This document shows positions 40,041-53,500 of a stretch of DNA of 64,000 nt, in pieces. How positions within the stretch are numbered: the stretch's first letter is position 1; the number at the start of each line of letters is the position of its first letter. Position numbers and translations under genes: made by a program. Below the pieces are notes generated by a model that had not been told where the DNA came from, did no database searches, and saw nothing but the letters and a program-made list of their open reading frames with translations. This stretch comes from Blasia pusilla (lineage: Eukaryota): positions 17,174,001-17,238,000 of the forward strand of contig CM114271.1 of NCBI GenBank assembly GCA_050084515.1. Direction: 5' to 3'.

Positions 40041-41884
40041 ATGTTAGCTCATCTAGGGGAGCATTAGATTTTTGATGGGATGTTGATGTTTAACTTGGTG
40101 TATTATACGACACGAAAAAAAACATCCCCTATCCTATGATGCAACAGGCTTAGAAAGTACCAAGGAAGTATCTCTTATGTAATGGAAGTATTTGAACATC
40201 TTGAAGCACTTACATACATTTTTTGATACTTTCCTTGAAATATGTGCTCTACATTCCCTCATAAATCATCAACTTAGTCGCTTTTTGTAATCCTTTTCTC
40301 TCAATAGTTATTAGAATTGAAAATACTTCTCAACAATGGGATTACCACATGCAAAAGCCTCTAGATAAAGATATGGAGCCATCGTGATTTATGACCAATC
40401 ATATCAGTGTCCTAATTGATCAACTACTCAAATTCGTGTCAAATTTGTTTCAAGCAATCATATGTGTAACTACAAGAAGTGTTTTTTTTTTCGTTTCCTT
40501 GGTTTCTATTTTTTCTATTTCCATTCGACTTACTCTGATTTTTTTGAATTCCATTTTTGAATTTTCTCCACTTTCCTCTTGGACTACTTTTGAAATTTCT
40601 TTTCATATCTTCCTATTAGCTTTTTATATAATAAACTTAAATGTAATGAATTCCAGGTTAGAAAATCATGCCAAGTTGCCTTAAGCAAACATGCTGGGAC
40701 TGGAGTGGTCCAACTGAAATCCACCACGTCACAAGGTATAGTTGGCTCATGAAAAAAGGTTAGGAGCCAACATCCACTCAAATATAAAAGAAAATTTGAA
40801 GAAGTTTATCAATATTATTGAATGAAGAGGTCTTTATCGAGAAAGATTTTTCTTTCCTCTTTGATAGACCTTATTAAGAGAATGACCCACTTCATTTTCT
40901 TCCTTCTTTTGTAAAAATTGAATGAGTTGTTTTTTTAATTTTTATTAAAAGTGTTATAATGGAATGTACATGTGCTATTACTAGATACTAGTTAGCATCC
41001 TCATGCTTGCACACAAAAATGGTTTGTTTAATAATTTATAGATATTTTTCATTTCAAAATAAATCTATAATTCCCACTTTCTTAAAATTTAAATTAAAAT
41101 ATTAATAAGATTTCACTTAAAAATAACTCTACCCCTAAATTAAAATTTAAATAATACCCAAATCTTGTAAATAATCTGATTGACTCTTCCATAAAAGTTT
41201 AAAAAATACCTACTCTTCCCCCTTCCACTCTTCTCACCAAAATAACTTTCAGTAGGAAAATTATTATTTAATTTAAGTTAATTTAATAATATCTATTTTA
41301 CATTCAAATTAATTTTCATATCCTAAAATATCAAACATGAATTAAAATGATTATATTAAAAAATAATCATATTTTTTATTTAATTTTTTAAATCTTAGAA
41401 GAATAATAAAGTTTCACTCTTCTAAGTAATTTCACCCCTTGATTAAAATTTAAATGATATTCCACTCCCCTAAATAATTCCAGAATAAAATTTGAACATG
41501 AAAATTTGTTTTTCCTTCCCATAAAAAATGAATTAAGGGTCAAACTTTTAGAGTTTTTGGTATTTAAAAAACTTAACCCATTATTTTGTCTTACTATACA
41601 TGATCATCCATTATAATATAGATTATAGCCTAAGATCACTAATAATTTAAATAATTTATAATTGATTAATAAAAAATATTTTCCTCATCCACTTAAGTTC
41701 ATTCTCTCTATCAATCTAATATAATATGTTTCAATTAACAAAATTCAAACATGTTGCTATTTTTTTTCCGATTTTCTCATTATTTTGTCTAATTTTAATA
41801 TAGATTATTTCTTAATGAATGATTAATATTAGTATTCCAACTCTTACATTGTTATCCATGCAAATCCTTTAGTTATAATTAAAA

Positions 41885-42089
41885 CTAGTATGTTGCTCGT
41901 GCGATGCATCCGTGTTCTATTAATTTAATTATTATCTTTAAATGATATCTCTTGTCTCAAGAGAATAGATATAGATCATAGAGGAACCTTAAAAAGACAA
42001 GTGTTGATCATAGAAGACATTTAAAAGGGTAGGTATCAACACACCCGAGGAGGGTTTCTTACAAAGCCATCCTCTTTTAATTGTATAGA
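41885..42089 (-). mobile_element. Probable non-autonomous mini-Helitron
   Basis: On +, A|CTAG (41885) is followed by the degenerate hairpin CGTGCGATGCA. The other end, TTGTATAGA|T (42089), reads TCTATACAA on the minus strand. Confidence 0.45.
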
Positions 42090-45089
42090 TTGTTCAACAA
42101 TTATACTACTAGAGAATGATATAAAATATAGAAATCCCATTCTATTATGTCATTAAACTATTCCGTTTTTTTAATATATCTCCCAAGCCACATACAAACA
42201 TAAAACCTTTCAATGTGGCCACATATTTTTATATTTACCCTATAATCATATTATTAAGGGCGTTAGCTCACTTTCAAGACCAATGAATAAATGACACTAA
42301 TTAGATTTGTACATGAATCCTAGTTCTAAGTAGAAAATAAGAATGGGTAAGATTTTAATAATTAGGTTAATTCTTCTTGATGAAATCTTCTACAATTTCT
42401 TTCATTTTTATTATCTTATCTCATTTGGAAATTTAAAATCAAAATTTCAAGGTTCATGCCAACAAAATTATGACAAAAAATGATTTAAAGTTTAGTTTTG
42501 AAGGAAAATAATTAACTTTCCTTGAAGGAAGAACAAGAGGATAATAGGACACTAATGGGGCAAGAATTATTCTTCAAAATAGTGGAAGACATATTATTTC
42601 TATTTTATTTTCAATTTTCAAGTTAGATTTGGAAAAAAGTTAGTGAGAAAAAAAACTCATCAAAATATGTGATTTTCTTTTACTTACTGGAAGATGGGAA
42701 TTAGAAAAGAGATAAATTACTTTTTCAAAAATTAGTATGAATAAATATATGAACATCTTTCTTAAACCAAATTTAATATATTATAAGAAATTCCATTTTT
42801 CTTGTTTTTAGACGTCTACATACACTCGTTTTTTCTTCTCATTATCTAACTTATCACACGAATATCATAATTAATTCTCCTCCTAAATAAAGTTTTTCAT
42901 TTAAAAAAATTAAACTTTAAATTTTATTCATCTTGTTTCCCTTTATTTCAGATTATCATCCTCGTTTGTCCACTAATTTCCCATCACCTCGGGGAACAAA
43001 TTAATAGTAATATCAAACCATTGCTTAGAAGACGTAGAACCGCATTAGAAGCAGCAGTTGGCCGCTGCCCTTAGTAGTTCGTCTATGACGCGTGGCTGTC
43101 CACGTAGATACTCACGGCCACGGGGGACGTATATTGTCATTACGGGTGGCGTTTCGCCTTCCGTGAGGTGTGAGGAATGCGAACAGGCAGCGTAAGGCTT
43201 AACTGTCACCACGTCTGTACCGTCCATCCATCTCAGATGGACGACCAGGATAGTTCCTCGCGCTTTACCCTCTTGGCCGTCCACACCAGATTCGCAACAG
43301 CGTACACGTACATGTGAGCTAATTGCGTAGGCTGCCCTAATTCATTTTTATTAGAATTAATCTATATCCGTCAAGGAGAGTGTGTTTGTTTGGAATCGAT
43401 TTTATGTAATCATCCGGGAAATTTTTCTAATTTGACATGAAAGTTTGTGAAAATTTTCTGATTTGATATGAAAATTTCTGAAATTAAAGAGTTGATAATG
43501 TGTTCTCTTTGTTATTTTCAAAATTTTTATTGAAGAAAAAGACCCATAGTAAGTATATAAAATTATTTAGGTTGTCCTTGTTAATTATGACTTACGTATT
43601 GTTTTCCATTTCGCCTTTGCCACTTCCTATTCAAATCTGCACAAATACATAATTTTGAATTATAAGGGATTCTTTTGGCTTCGACAACCAGAGATTCTAG
43701 ACTAAAAAGGTGAGGTGATTTCAAAATGAAGAGGTGATGTACAATAATCAAAATTCTATAATAACATGATGGTTAAAAAAATTAAAAATAAATTATAGCA
43801 TAATGTGGAGTGAAATAGCTAGTCTCAATATTTGAGGTTGACATTTGAACAAAATACATGAGGTGAGAGGAACGAGAAAGTTCCAAGTCTAGTAGGGGCC
43901 GAATTAGAAACGGTTTTAGAGTATACCCTATCAATTAGAATACCATAAACATTAGAACGCTTTTTGGAGGAGCCTATCTCCTCTTTAAACCCTTCGCCTT
44001 CCCTTCTTGGAGCTTGGGTTACTTTACTAAAACCATACATAGAAAGTTTTCTTTAACTCAACTTTGGATAACCAAGGTTTTAATTCTCTTCAAGAGCCCA
44101 ATACCATGCGCTTTTTTCCCTCGCATCCTTAAAAAATATTCTCTCAAATTATTGGGAGAAATATCGAAGAAAATCATCCTCATTTCCTTCAAATGAGAAT
44201 GATTTTCTTCAAATTTTCTCCCAGTTATTTGAGAGGATTTTTTTTGAAAATGCTTAATGTCCACATGTTGTCTTATTTTTCTACCCCTTAACAATTTGGG
44301 GCTGATTGTGACTCCAAAAATGGAGTTGCCCCAACTTGTGGGACAATCCCTACCATGGATCTTTAAGGTCCACGTTCCCTAGGATGAGTGTCTCCTAGAG
44401 AATCCTTAAATTTGTTGTCTTAATGAACCATGGTGCAAATAGGATCCCTGATTTTGGATTCAATGTCATTAGGACTCTCGACATCCTCCAAGTCATCTTA
44501 CTCGGATGGGATTAGGTCGTGAGAATGGGTTAGCATGTAGCAGAATTTATTAACCGTTACAAAACCCGAAAACTCAAACATTTAATGGATGATTCGGAGC
44601 AATTGGAGAGGGTGACCTTTCCATTTCTACTTCTGAATAATAATTCCGCACTAATTTTCTTGTGAACTAATCATCGTGGATATGCAGCACCTCGTTGGGT
44701 GCGGTCCTTCAAGGCTTCCACAATGCGGAGTGTAGCTTCTATACTTAGTTTGGGAGCGTTAGGGTGACTGCGGAGTGTGCATGCCTACACTCTTAGTATC
44801 TCCAGGGGATTTGCTTAATTATTAGGCGGCGAATATCTGTAATGTGTTTTGCATCGTCGCTAGAGGGGTGTCCTCCGACCATCCACTCAAGGATATCCGG
44901 GGTAGCGGCGGGTTGATTAAGCATATCTATCGAAAAACGGACGTACTGATTAAGCAGTCCTTAATTCGCGTACGTTATCCGTCACATGATATACGTAGGT
45001 GAGTTGCTTGCTGCGCTCATTTGTATGCGGAAGAAAATCCCGACTGAGGGAAAGAAGGCCAAAAGAAGAGCAAAGCAAGTTTCCGATCC

Positions 45090-47507
45090 GTGATCCATCC
45101 AACTCACTCACTCACTCACGGCGCGGAAACGAGCGTGAGGGATAGCGGAGACGGAAACGAGGAAAGGCACGGGTTTGGCGGAGAGGCTAGGAGTAGGGGG
45201 TCAGTCAGTCACAGATGGGGTATGTCTGCTGGGGGTGGGGCCGAGAGGCAGAGAGGCGGCGGGGCCAGGGCAAACGCAAGAGGAGGTGGCACCCGACATT
45301 AGGACAGCAACCCCACAAAACACACATTCGTTTTCGACTGGAGTGGAGAGGGAGTTGTGGATCTTTTCGACTGCAGTTAGTTGTCTGGAACTGTACTGTA
45401 AAGAGACTGACGAAAGACTGCGAATCGGATTGGTGATCTCCCGGTTCTCTGTACGTATTCCGTCACGGAGGCGTAGTTACTGCGTTCGCGCGTGGCGTGG
45501 AGTGCGGTGACGGTGACGGAGAGTTGGACGGGGAAACCTTCCATGGGTCCCGAACTGCAAGACGGTATTTGGCATGGGAGGTAGGAAGCTCCCACCTCAA
45601 TCGTCCGCGAGTGGCGGTGAGGAGACGAGCCATCGATCCGTATGGCGAGAGCGATACTAGAGGGCTGGGGACACCCCCGGGAGGAGACCACCATAAACCG
45701 GCACGCTTTGTAGGTTACTCTCGCGATTGAATCACTGAGGTGCCCACCTGGTTGCGTGTTTGCCGCTGGGCTCTCTAGCGCGCGCACAATTTGCGAGTAT
45801 AGTCTCGAGATCTCTTGAACCGAGGGGCCTCTCTAGATCTTCTCGTCATATGATCCAGTGCCAGCCCACAAGTCTGGTCGCGAACTTTAGTGTTGTTCTA
45901 GCAGCTCTAGAGTTGTCGACATATGTATGCGTCTCGCTTCGCTCAACTAGTTCAAGAGCGAGCGGTTTCTAGAGACCCATGCGGGGACCTCGTCGGAGTT
46001 GTGAACGTCGTCCAGGGCGTCTTTTGCTCCGTGCCAGGAGTGCATACCGCCCTTCGCGCCGTTTCTTGTTGAGAAAGCCCTGAGTGTTTTCAGAGCACCG
46101 TGAGCATCTGGACAATTTTGGCTATGTGCTCTATTCCGGGTTCAATGCGCCGCCGTTAGATCTACTAGACTTCTCATGAATGACCAGCTTCCACTACCCA
46201 CCAATGGTCAGTGTGCTCTTTACGATCGGACTATAGCCTGGAAACTCACCCCACGTACGTCGACCTTCAAAGCTCAGAAACTTGTCGGGGATGCTTCCAT
46301 CTTGTCGTCGTCTTCCCAGATATCATTCACAGATCTAGAAGATGAAAACGATATCTAGTAGTGGCCTATGGTGCCTCTGGGTCGATTCTAGTTGCAATTG
46401 TTGGATCGCTGTCCGGTCTGATGCTTGTAACTAGTGAGTTCCAACGAAATCGTTGTGTCGAAAACAAGGAAACCCGCCGCGCCTTGATTGATTGATGCGC
46501 TCTCGGAGCTTTGGACCATCTGCCCTAAAGCTTTTCCGGGGCTTGAGCGCGCGCAGACCGGCGTATCTAAAAGTGACTTCGTGTTCGAACGTCGAACGTC
46601 CTACTCGAAGATTGATCACGCGTGCGTACGGGTGGCAATCAGTACCCGACTTCGGATATCTCTTCAGGACGATCGACAGATCGAGACGGTCACCTAGGCG
46701 AGGACTTCCTCGCCAGCTGAAGATGAAACTTTGCCATGACTCGTTGCTTGAGTAGACGACACAGGAATTCGAACCGGTGGTCAGCGGAAGGTTTTGCCCA
46801 CAGCAGATACACTTCCACAAAGCCAGATGAAACACAGCTCACGGATAGGTGTCATGCCATCAAATGCAGCACCCTCTCCATCGGGGCCGGTAAGTGTTGG
46901 TTTCGTCCCTTCCTTCTACATAGGAAATGGATTATGTCTCGGCGAACGTGTACTTTGCTTCACTGTTTCAAGATGTCAATTCGAGAGGTTTTCAAAGGTA
47001 ATCGTTGGAGAGACTAGTCTGCACCGAGCTGTGTACATATCTTAGAAGGCGGTGGCTGTCGAGAAACACCAGTACTACATATACTCATCTATCTAGAGTT
47101 CTAGAGTCTGACTTTGCAGGGACGAATGGGCGGCGATCATCAGGGACTGAAGGTTCCGTAGAATTAGAGTCTTGGTTCAAAGTTCTGATTACATCCTGGT
47201 CAACTTAATTCTTGTATATCTGTGTGTAGATGTAGGGTTTTCTTCCTTTCTTTCTGTCTTTAGACTGTCAGAAATTGATCGAGTCCACACGGGTACGACT
47301 TGTGCTTTGGATCTGTGAGAGGAAGTCCTATTTTGTATATGTTGGGGTCTGCACTGTGTGAAGTGCTCAAGCACAAGTTGTGCATGTGGGTTGGGGGTGC
47401 AGTTGTCACCGAGGGCAGAGACAGCTCTCAGTCCAGAAGGACCGTTACTGAGAGACAGCAATGCGCAGCCTTACTTGGCTTTGGATGGGAGTAATCACGA
47501 ATCGACT
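45090..47507 (+). promoter_or_regulatory. Probable long GC-rich 5' leader of the MYB gene with a UTR intron (46890-47263)
   Basis: Sharp AT-to-GC transition near 44.7-45.1 kb. (TCAC)n pyrimidine patch at ~45102-45119. Donor G|GTAAGT at 46890. Polypyrimidine acceptor TTCTTTCTGTCTTTAG ending at 47263. TSS is inferred. Confidence 0.5.
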
Positions 47508-50500
47508 ATGAGTGGAGGCAAGAACTCGCACATAGAGCTTGATTCCTTGGGTCTGGGGTACGCTCTCGGTCATCTGCTGAACGGACCCCGTTCAGGCATC
47601 TTGCCAACCTGTCTGACGAATCAGGGTGCCACTGACTACATCTCCTCCGAGGTATCACACAACGAGAGCAGATGCTTTGATAGGTCGCAACCTGCGTTGT
47701 TCCACACAGACGCTGGTCCTGAGAATCACCTCCAGGCTATGAGCCTTCAAAGTTTCAAGCAGAAGCTGTCTTTGAGTGCGAATTTGCATGACTATAGAGA
47801 TCTACAGGGTGGGAGAAAATCTGTGTTCGAATTATATAAAACTGTCAGCGGACCCCGGAGAGGAAGGAGAAGAGAGAAGAGCTCGTTAGAACAAAAGGCC
47901 AGACTTGCTGCCGACTGGCAAAGCCGTGAAATATCGGCGACGTCCTTGGGGCGTGTACCAATCGTCGACAGTGAAGGGAGCAATTTGAGCCTAGGAGCTT
48001 GCGGCACTGGCGTGGTCGTTGAGATGGACATGCATATGGATTGGGGCACGGAATTGATGAAAGATACCAACAATCAGACAGGAAATGGCAACGCCGCCAT
48101 GCAATCCATGACGAATGCGTCTCAGAGGTGGTGTAGCGATAAGAGGGCAAAGACCAATCAACAGATGGATTATGGACCGACTATTGGCTCGTCGCACCAG
48201 CCTACTTCCGAATGGCAAACTGACGGGGGAGGTAGCCTGAAACGACCTCTGGTGTGGAAGTCTATTCCGAGCAAGGCACCCTTCGCGGTTGAGGTCAGCA
48301 GCGCTGAGGCAGCTCACAAGCAGAAAACCGCAGTTTACGCAGCTGCAACTGGTCATGATTCAAGAGAATCTGGGAAGATAGACCATCCGAGCCTGACCGC
48401 GGGCGTTCAATATGTCTCTCCGAAAAGCTTGAGCAATGAAGGCTTCAGCACCAGCGAAGCGCAGGCCTTTGGTGACATCTGCGGTTCTTCTACTGAGGAC
48501 GTCGCGGTCACAACACTTAGCAGTCAGCAGCTTCATAATCAAGCAGTCGATCCTCAAATCATCGATATCGTCCCTGGTAGCGTCTCTTCTGGCATCAGTG
48601 CCGAGCCTCTGGACTTTCAGCAAGGCTCGGGCTCGCAGGATCTTAGTCGACTCTGGAAGCATCTATCTCAAGAAAGACGATATCAGCAGATCGTAGAACG
48701 AGCTCGAGTACGAGCTGCAGCAACTTTCCTCACGCACACACCAAACTGCAGCACCGACAAGGAGCTAGAGGAAGATGATCTGGAGAGCGAGGCCAACACA
48801 TCTCAGTTGCAGCAATTAATCAACGCTCAACAGCAGAGCGGTCTACAGGCTCTACATTTGGCTGCGGCCCAGCAAAGCTCCGCTGCAGAACCAGCACTGG
48901 GCAAATGTGATTCAAGCCGTACATTCAATAGTTTACATTCATCAGATCATGGGGGTGCCTTCTCGGACGCCGGTGAATCTTGGCCCGAAGGTGTCTGTGT
49001 GGGGGACTACTTGATGCTGACCAGTGCCATGCACAAGGCACAGATTCTGGATCTGCAGCTGGAGGAAAATCAACGCCACCGACAGCAATCTAGCAAGCGA
49101 TCTAGAGAGAGTACGATGGTAGAGACTGATCATGTCAGGCTAGACAGCGGACAGTCCAGTAAGAGGGAAGCCGAAGATGGTAGCTGTCCGGGCGGGAGTT
49201 GTGGTTCGGTAACACCGAGGCAAAATTACTTTGCTGACGAATGTTCAATCGAAATGCAGAGACCCACAGGGGACCAGCAGCTCACCGCAAGGGAGGCATA
49301 CGAGAAGGCCAAAAACGAGCAGCACGATGATCTGCCTGGAAAACGTATGTTCAAGCGTTCTTCCAAAGGAGGCCCGAGGAGGCCGAACATTATCAAAGGT
49401 CAATGGACTCCCGAGGAAGATAGGTGAGAGCTCCATCAACGAAATGAATCATGCGGTTTCCATTTTCAAACTCTTCTTTCCTAGCTAGAGGCTCAAATAA
49501 TCTATTCCTAGACAGCCACGAAACTGCCTAGACCTGTGTTTGAGCAAAAATTGCTTGCGATGCTCTCAATTATGCTTGTCACTGACGACGTGAACTAGCC
49601 ATCAGAAGCGACCCTGGAACACATAATTTTGATGTCCTTGAGATAGTCGATGGTATATACCCCTAGCCCGAATCCGTTTTCCCTGCTTCCTTAAATGAAG
49701 CGAAGGCAAGCGGCTGCGTGCCAAAAGTACTCACTTCCAACGTCCCGCAAGCCTGAGGCAAGGATTCGTGTTACGTGTTTATACATCCGAAGCAGGGTCC
49801 GGGTCTACATGTCGACGATAGATCTGGTAGAGAAGTGCGGCTTCTCCAAACTGAGCAATCATCAATCTGTATAATTTGTGCCGCAACGAATGCACGGGTA
49901 TCGACTCCTGTACATATCTCCTTGAGCGGCACGAACGGTTGGTGAATCTTTGGATTAGCTTTAATTGTGCTCAGCAGGTTACTTCCAGTCCCAGCACATT
50001 GCTGTTGCCGCATGCATAGATCACTGCGCGCTAGACGTAGATAGGAAATAGATCGGTCCGTCGCAGAAACCCCAATCCGGATATGGGAGTCTAGCATCTT
50101 ACCACGACCGGGTCCTGCCCCTCGTGCGCTCCATGTACAGCTAGATCGAAATCCCGATGATTGTTCAAAGGAAAATCTTGACTGGCGCACTGGACATTCA
50201 TCACGTGGAAAGCTCTACAGTACGATGTGTGCTGGCAGGAACGTAATTCTGCATCGTCCAATTTGCGCTCGCTCGTTCGAGATTGACGTCTTTATTGTCT
50301 GAACCGAGAGCTCCGTACGTGTAGTAACAAACTGGCTTGTGTTGTACATGACTAAAGTAAGCTAACCTGGTGAAAATCCATCTTCTCTCCTGCAGATACT
50401 TGATGGAGCTTGTTGAGAGACATGGCCAGCAAAGGTGGTCACATATAGCCACCTACTTGACGGGGCGAATTGGCAAGCAATGTCGAGAGCGCTGGCATAA

Positions 50501-53500
50501 TCATCTTCGCCCTGATATCAAGGTCCTTTTCTCTTCCTTTTCAAGTGCACGCGCACTCGAGAAGACTCATTCATTAACATTGTTGTGTAGAATCGTAGAT
50601 AGCCGGACGGTTGTTGGGGCCGTTCTCGCGTTTTTATTCTACTGGACATCGCCTGGAATCGTCAACGCTTTGAATGAATTCGTTGTATGTTGATAAATTC
50701 GGAGCTTAATTTATCTGACCAAGGTGCTTTATAAGCACACACTGGTTCATAATTTCCAAACTCGCATTGGTTGTGCGGTTTACGATGAGATTTCACGTTG
50801 AGTTTTGATGCTTTCGCAGTGGTCTTCGCTGCGGCTTTCAATGTATAGCTAGAACATTCTCCATCACCGGTTTAGGTTGTAAGTCCTCAATTATGCGCGT
50901 ATACTCATTCGTTAGTTGGTTTGAAATCTTCTGCTCTTTACGCATAGCCAGTTTGCCAAAATCGAACGATTGACCAGTCTCAAGAGCTTGAAAGTGAATC
51001 TGCGTGCACTCGTGCGTTCGGGTGCTGATCATGAACGTAAGATGACTTCACATACACGTTTCGAGATATGTACCTCATATGGGGCTGAATTTTCCATGCA
51101 GAGAGACGGATGGAACACTGAAGAGGAGGAAGCGCTCGTGCACGCGCACAACAAACTGGGCAATCGCTGGGCAGACATAGCCAAGTTGATCCCCGGCCGG
51201 ACTGAAAATGCAATAAAAAATCACTGGAACGCGACCATGCGTAGGAAGGATCTCCGGAGAAAGCACCGCAAAGCAGTGGATGGATCGACTGACGGGCTGG
51301 AGGTAGTCCCTCGCTGTACTGTTCTTCGTGACTACCAGCAGAAAGTGATTCAGCACTCCGAGCAGAAAGGCTCAGGCTCAGCACCGCCATCTGATGGCGA
51401 GCGTCAGGTCTCTCTAGACGAGGTCCACACCAGAACACCAGATCTGGAATCACCTCAGGTGACATGTGACTCGACGGCTGGCTGGAGCTATGATCGAAGG
51501 AGTGGCGGAACCAGTAACCAAGTGGACGAGAATTCTTTCCTGGTTCAGTCTCGGCCGTCGTCTGAAGAGATGAGCCCTGCAGAAGTGGACCATTTGTTGC
51601 GCATGATATGTGCCCAAGATCAGGAGGACGAAGGGTCCCGGATTGCTGCAGGACTCCACCAGCAAGGAAATATGGTTCTTCAGGCTAACGGTTTCGGGCC
51701 CTTCGGACCGTTTAATGGGCCATTCACCTTACAGACACGAGTGTCTGTGTGGGGTCAAGGGGCTAGTAATATGAGCTATGGCGGCAGCCCTCAGGTGACA
51801 GTTTGGGGTCACGGAGGCTGGAGTGGAAATAGTTCGTATGATGGCGCAGGCAGCAGCGGTAACCCTCAGATGGTGTCAGGAACAGTGGGTGCAGAAATGT
51901 GGGATGCCTTCCCACAAATACCTGCTGGAGCTACAGCAGGTTTTGTGGCTTCTTCGTCGTCTTCTGAGCCGAAAGTGGCCCCAGATAGATGTCCCCCGGC
52001 CGGCCAGCACGCGGGATCATGCGGTCCTCCAGCTTTGACTGCCTGCGGTTGCTGCGAGGATGCCAATTTCCATAACCTCCCGCAGGATTCGCAGAGCTTG
52101 AATGTCACAAACGCACAGTTCAGTTGCGCTGAGAGGGTAAGCGAAGGCCATTCGAATTCGTCTCTTCCTTATCCTCTCGAAGCGGAACAATCCTCCGCGT
52201 CACGATGTAAGCTGACAGTTTTGGAAACAGCTGCAGTCTTGAGTCCCAACAACAGAGGATCTGGAACTCTCGCTGATCTAGACGCCGGGTGCTTGACCAC
52301 TCAACAGTACCAGATCGACAACCTACTGACATCGACTTTGCATCTGGATTGCGTACAATTCGCAGGAGGCCAGTCCACAGGCGGCTGCAACATCACTCAG
52401 CTTCTGTCACAAGAGAAAGTGCTGGAGAGGCTCGCAACTTATAATCTAGGAATCGCAGCTGCAGGAGGCGCGAGCAACAAGAATTTGATGTTACAACCTT
52501 CATCCTCAAATGTGCACGTCGACGGCTCGGAGTTCAGCAATAACAACCACGAGCATTGTCCGACCTTGCAGCTGGAATCTTTCAAAACGACTTCGGGTCC
52601 GGTTGTTGTCCAGGCCTTGAACACAGTTGATTATCAGCAGGACCCGACTTGTGGATTCCCCAAAAGTGATTCCGCCGCAGCACAAGCAGTGGCGACCGGT
52701 CCCTCAGCGGTCATGGATCTGTGCTTTCTCCAAGATAATATCTCAGGAAGGGGACAAACTAGTCCCCACTACGGTATGGTCTCTCAAGAAGATTGGATGA
52801 GATCGAACTACGGGGGCCCGGCAAACGGGGCGCAACCCAAGAACAGTGGCTTGGCGCAATATGGCCATGGAGAGGATCTCGTCGAATTCCTAGCCATGCC
52901 TTTGGATCTCGGGGTCTACATAAGAAAGATGAAGAATAATTTCGCTCGGGAGGTGGGTTCGTATGCGTGTACAGTGCCGCACGTTCGAGCCGATGGGCAA
53001 CGCATCACAGGCATAGACTACGAGCAGCGTCCAGCCCCAGTGGCTGAAGCCAAACTTAGGGATATCTGTCGTCAAATGAGGGCTCAGTGGCAAATCGAAT
53101 CCATCGCCCTAGCACACAGGTAATCACGATTGACCTTGATCGGTTATGCACATGATGAATGCGACTGCCCAAATACAAATATTGGAAAATACTCAGTTTC
53201 CTCCATAGATTTAATCCTTCTCTGCATGTAGTGCAACTGTTGAACCACAGATAAAGAGCCTCGAACTCAGCTCAGCCTGGATGAATAGTCTTAACAGTTT
53301 GCAACCCCTAGATCATTAGTAATCTGATCATTATGAAGACTTACAAAGATCTAGAGAGAGCATTTTCCGAGTCAGGACGCTTATGAAGATTCATGTTGGG
53401 ATGTGGATTGCAGGGTGGGGTTTGTACAAGCGGGGGAGGCGAACGTGGCCATAGTGGTCTCGAGCTGCGATTTCATGGAGTCGATGAATGCTGTGCAATA

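Noticed and set aside
50970-51101. N-terminal part of the 717-aa ORF
   Set aside because: It is intron read-through; the real exon starts after the acceptor TTTCCATGCAG at 51101.
49300-51250. 3R-MYB (c-Myb-like) assignment
   Set aside because: [15 protein letters not shown] is shared with 3R-MYBs, but there is no R1 repeat upstream of KGQWTPEED, and RPDIK plus IKNHWNAT fit the MYB98/FGMYB clade.
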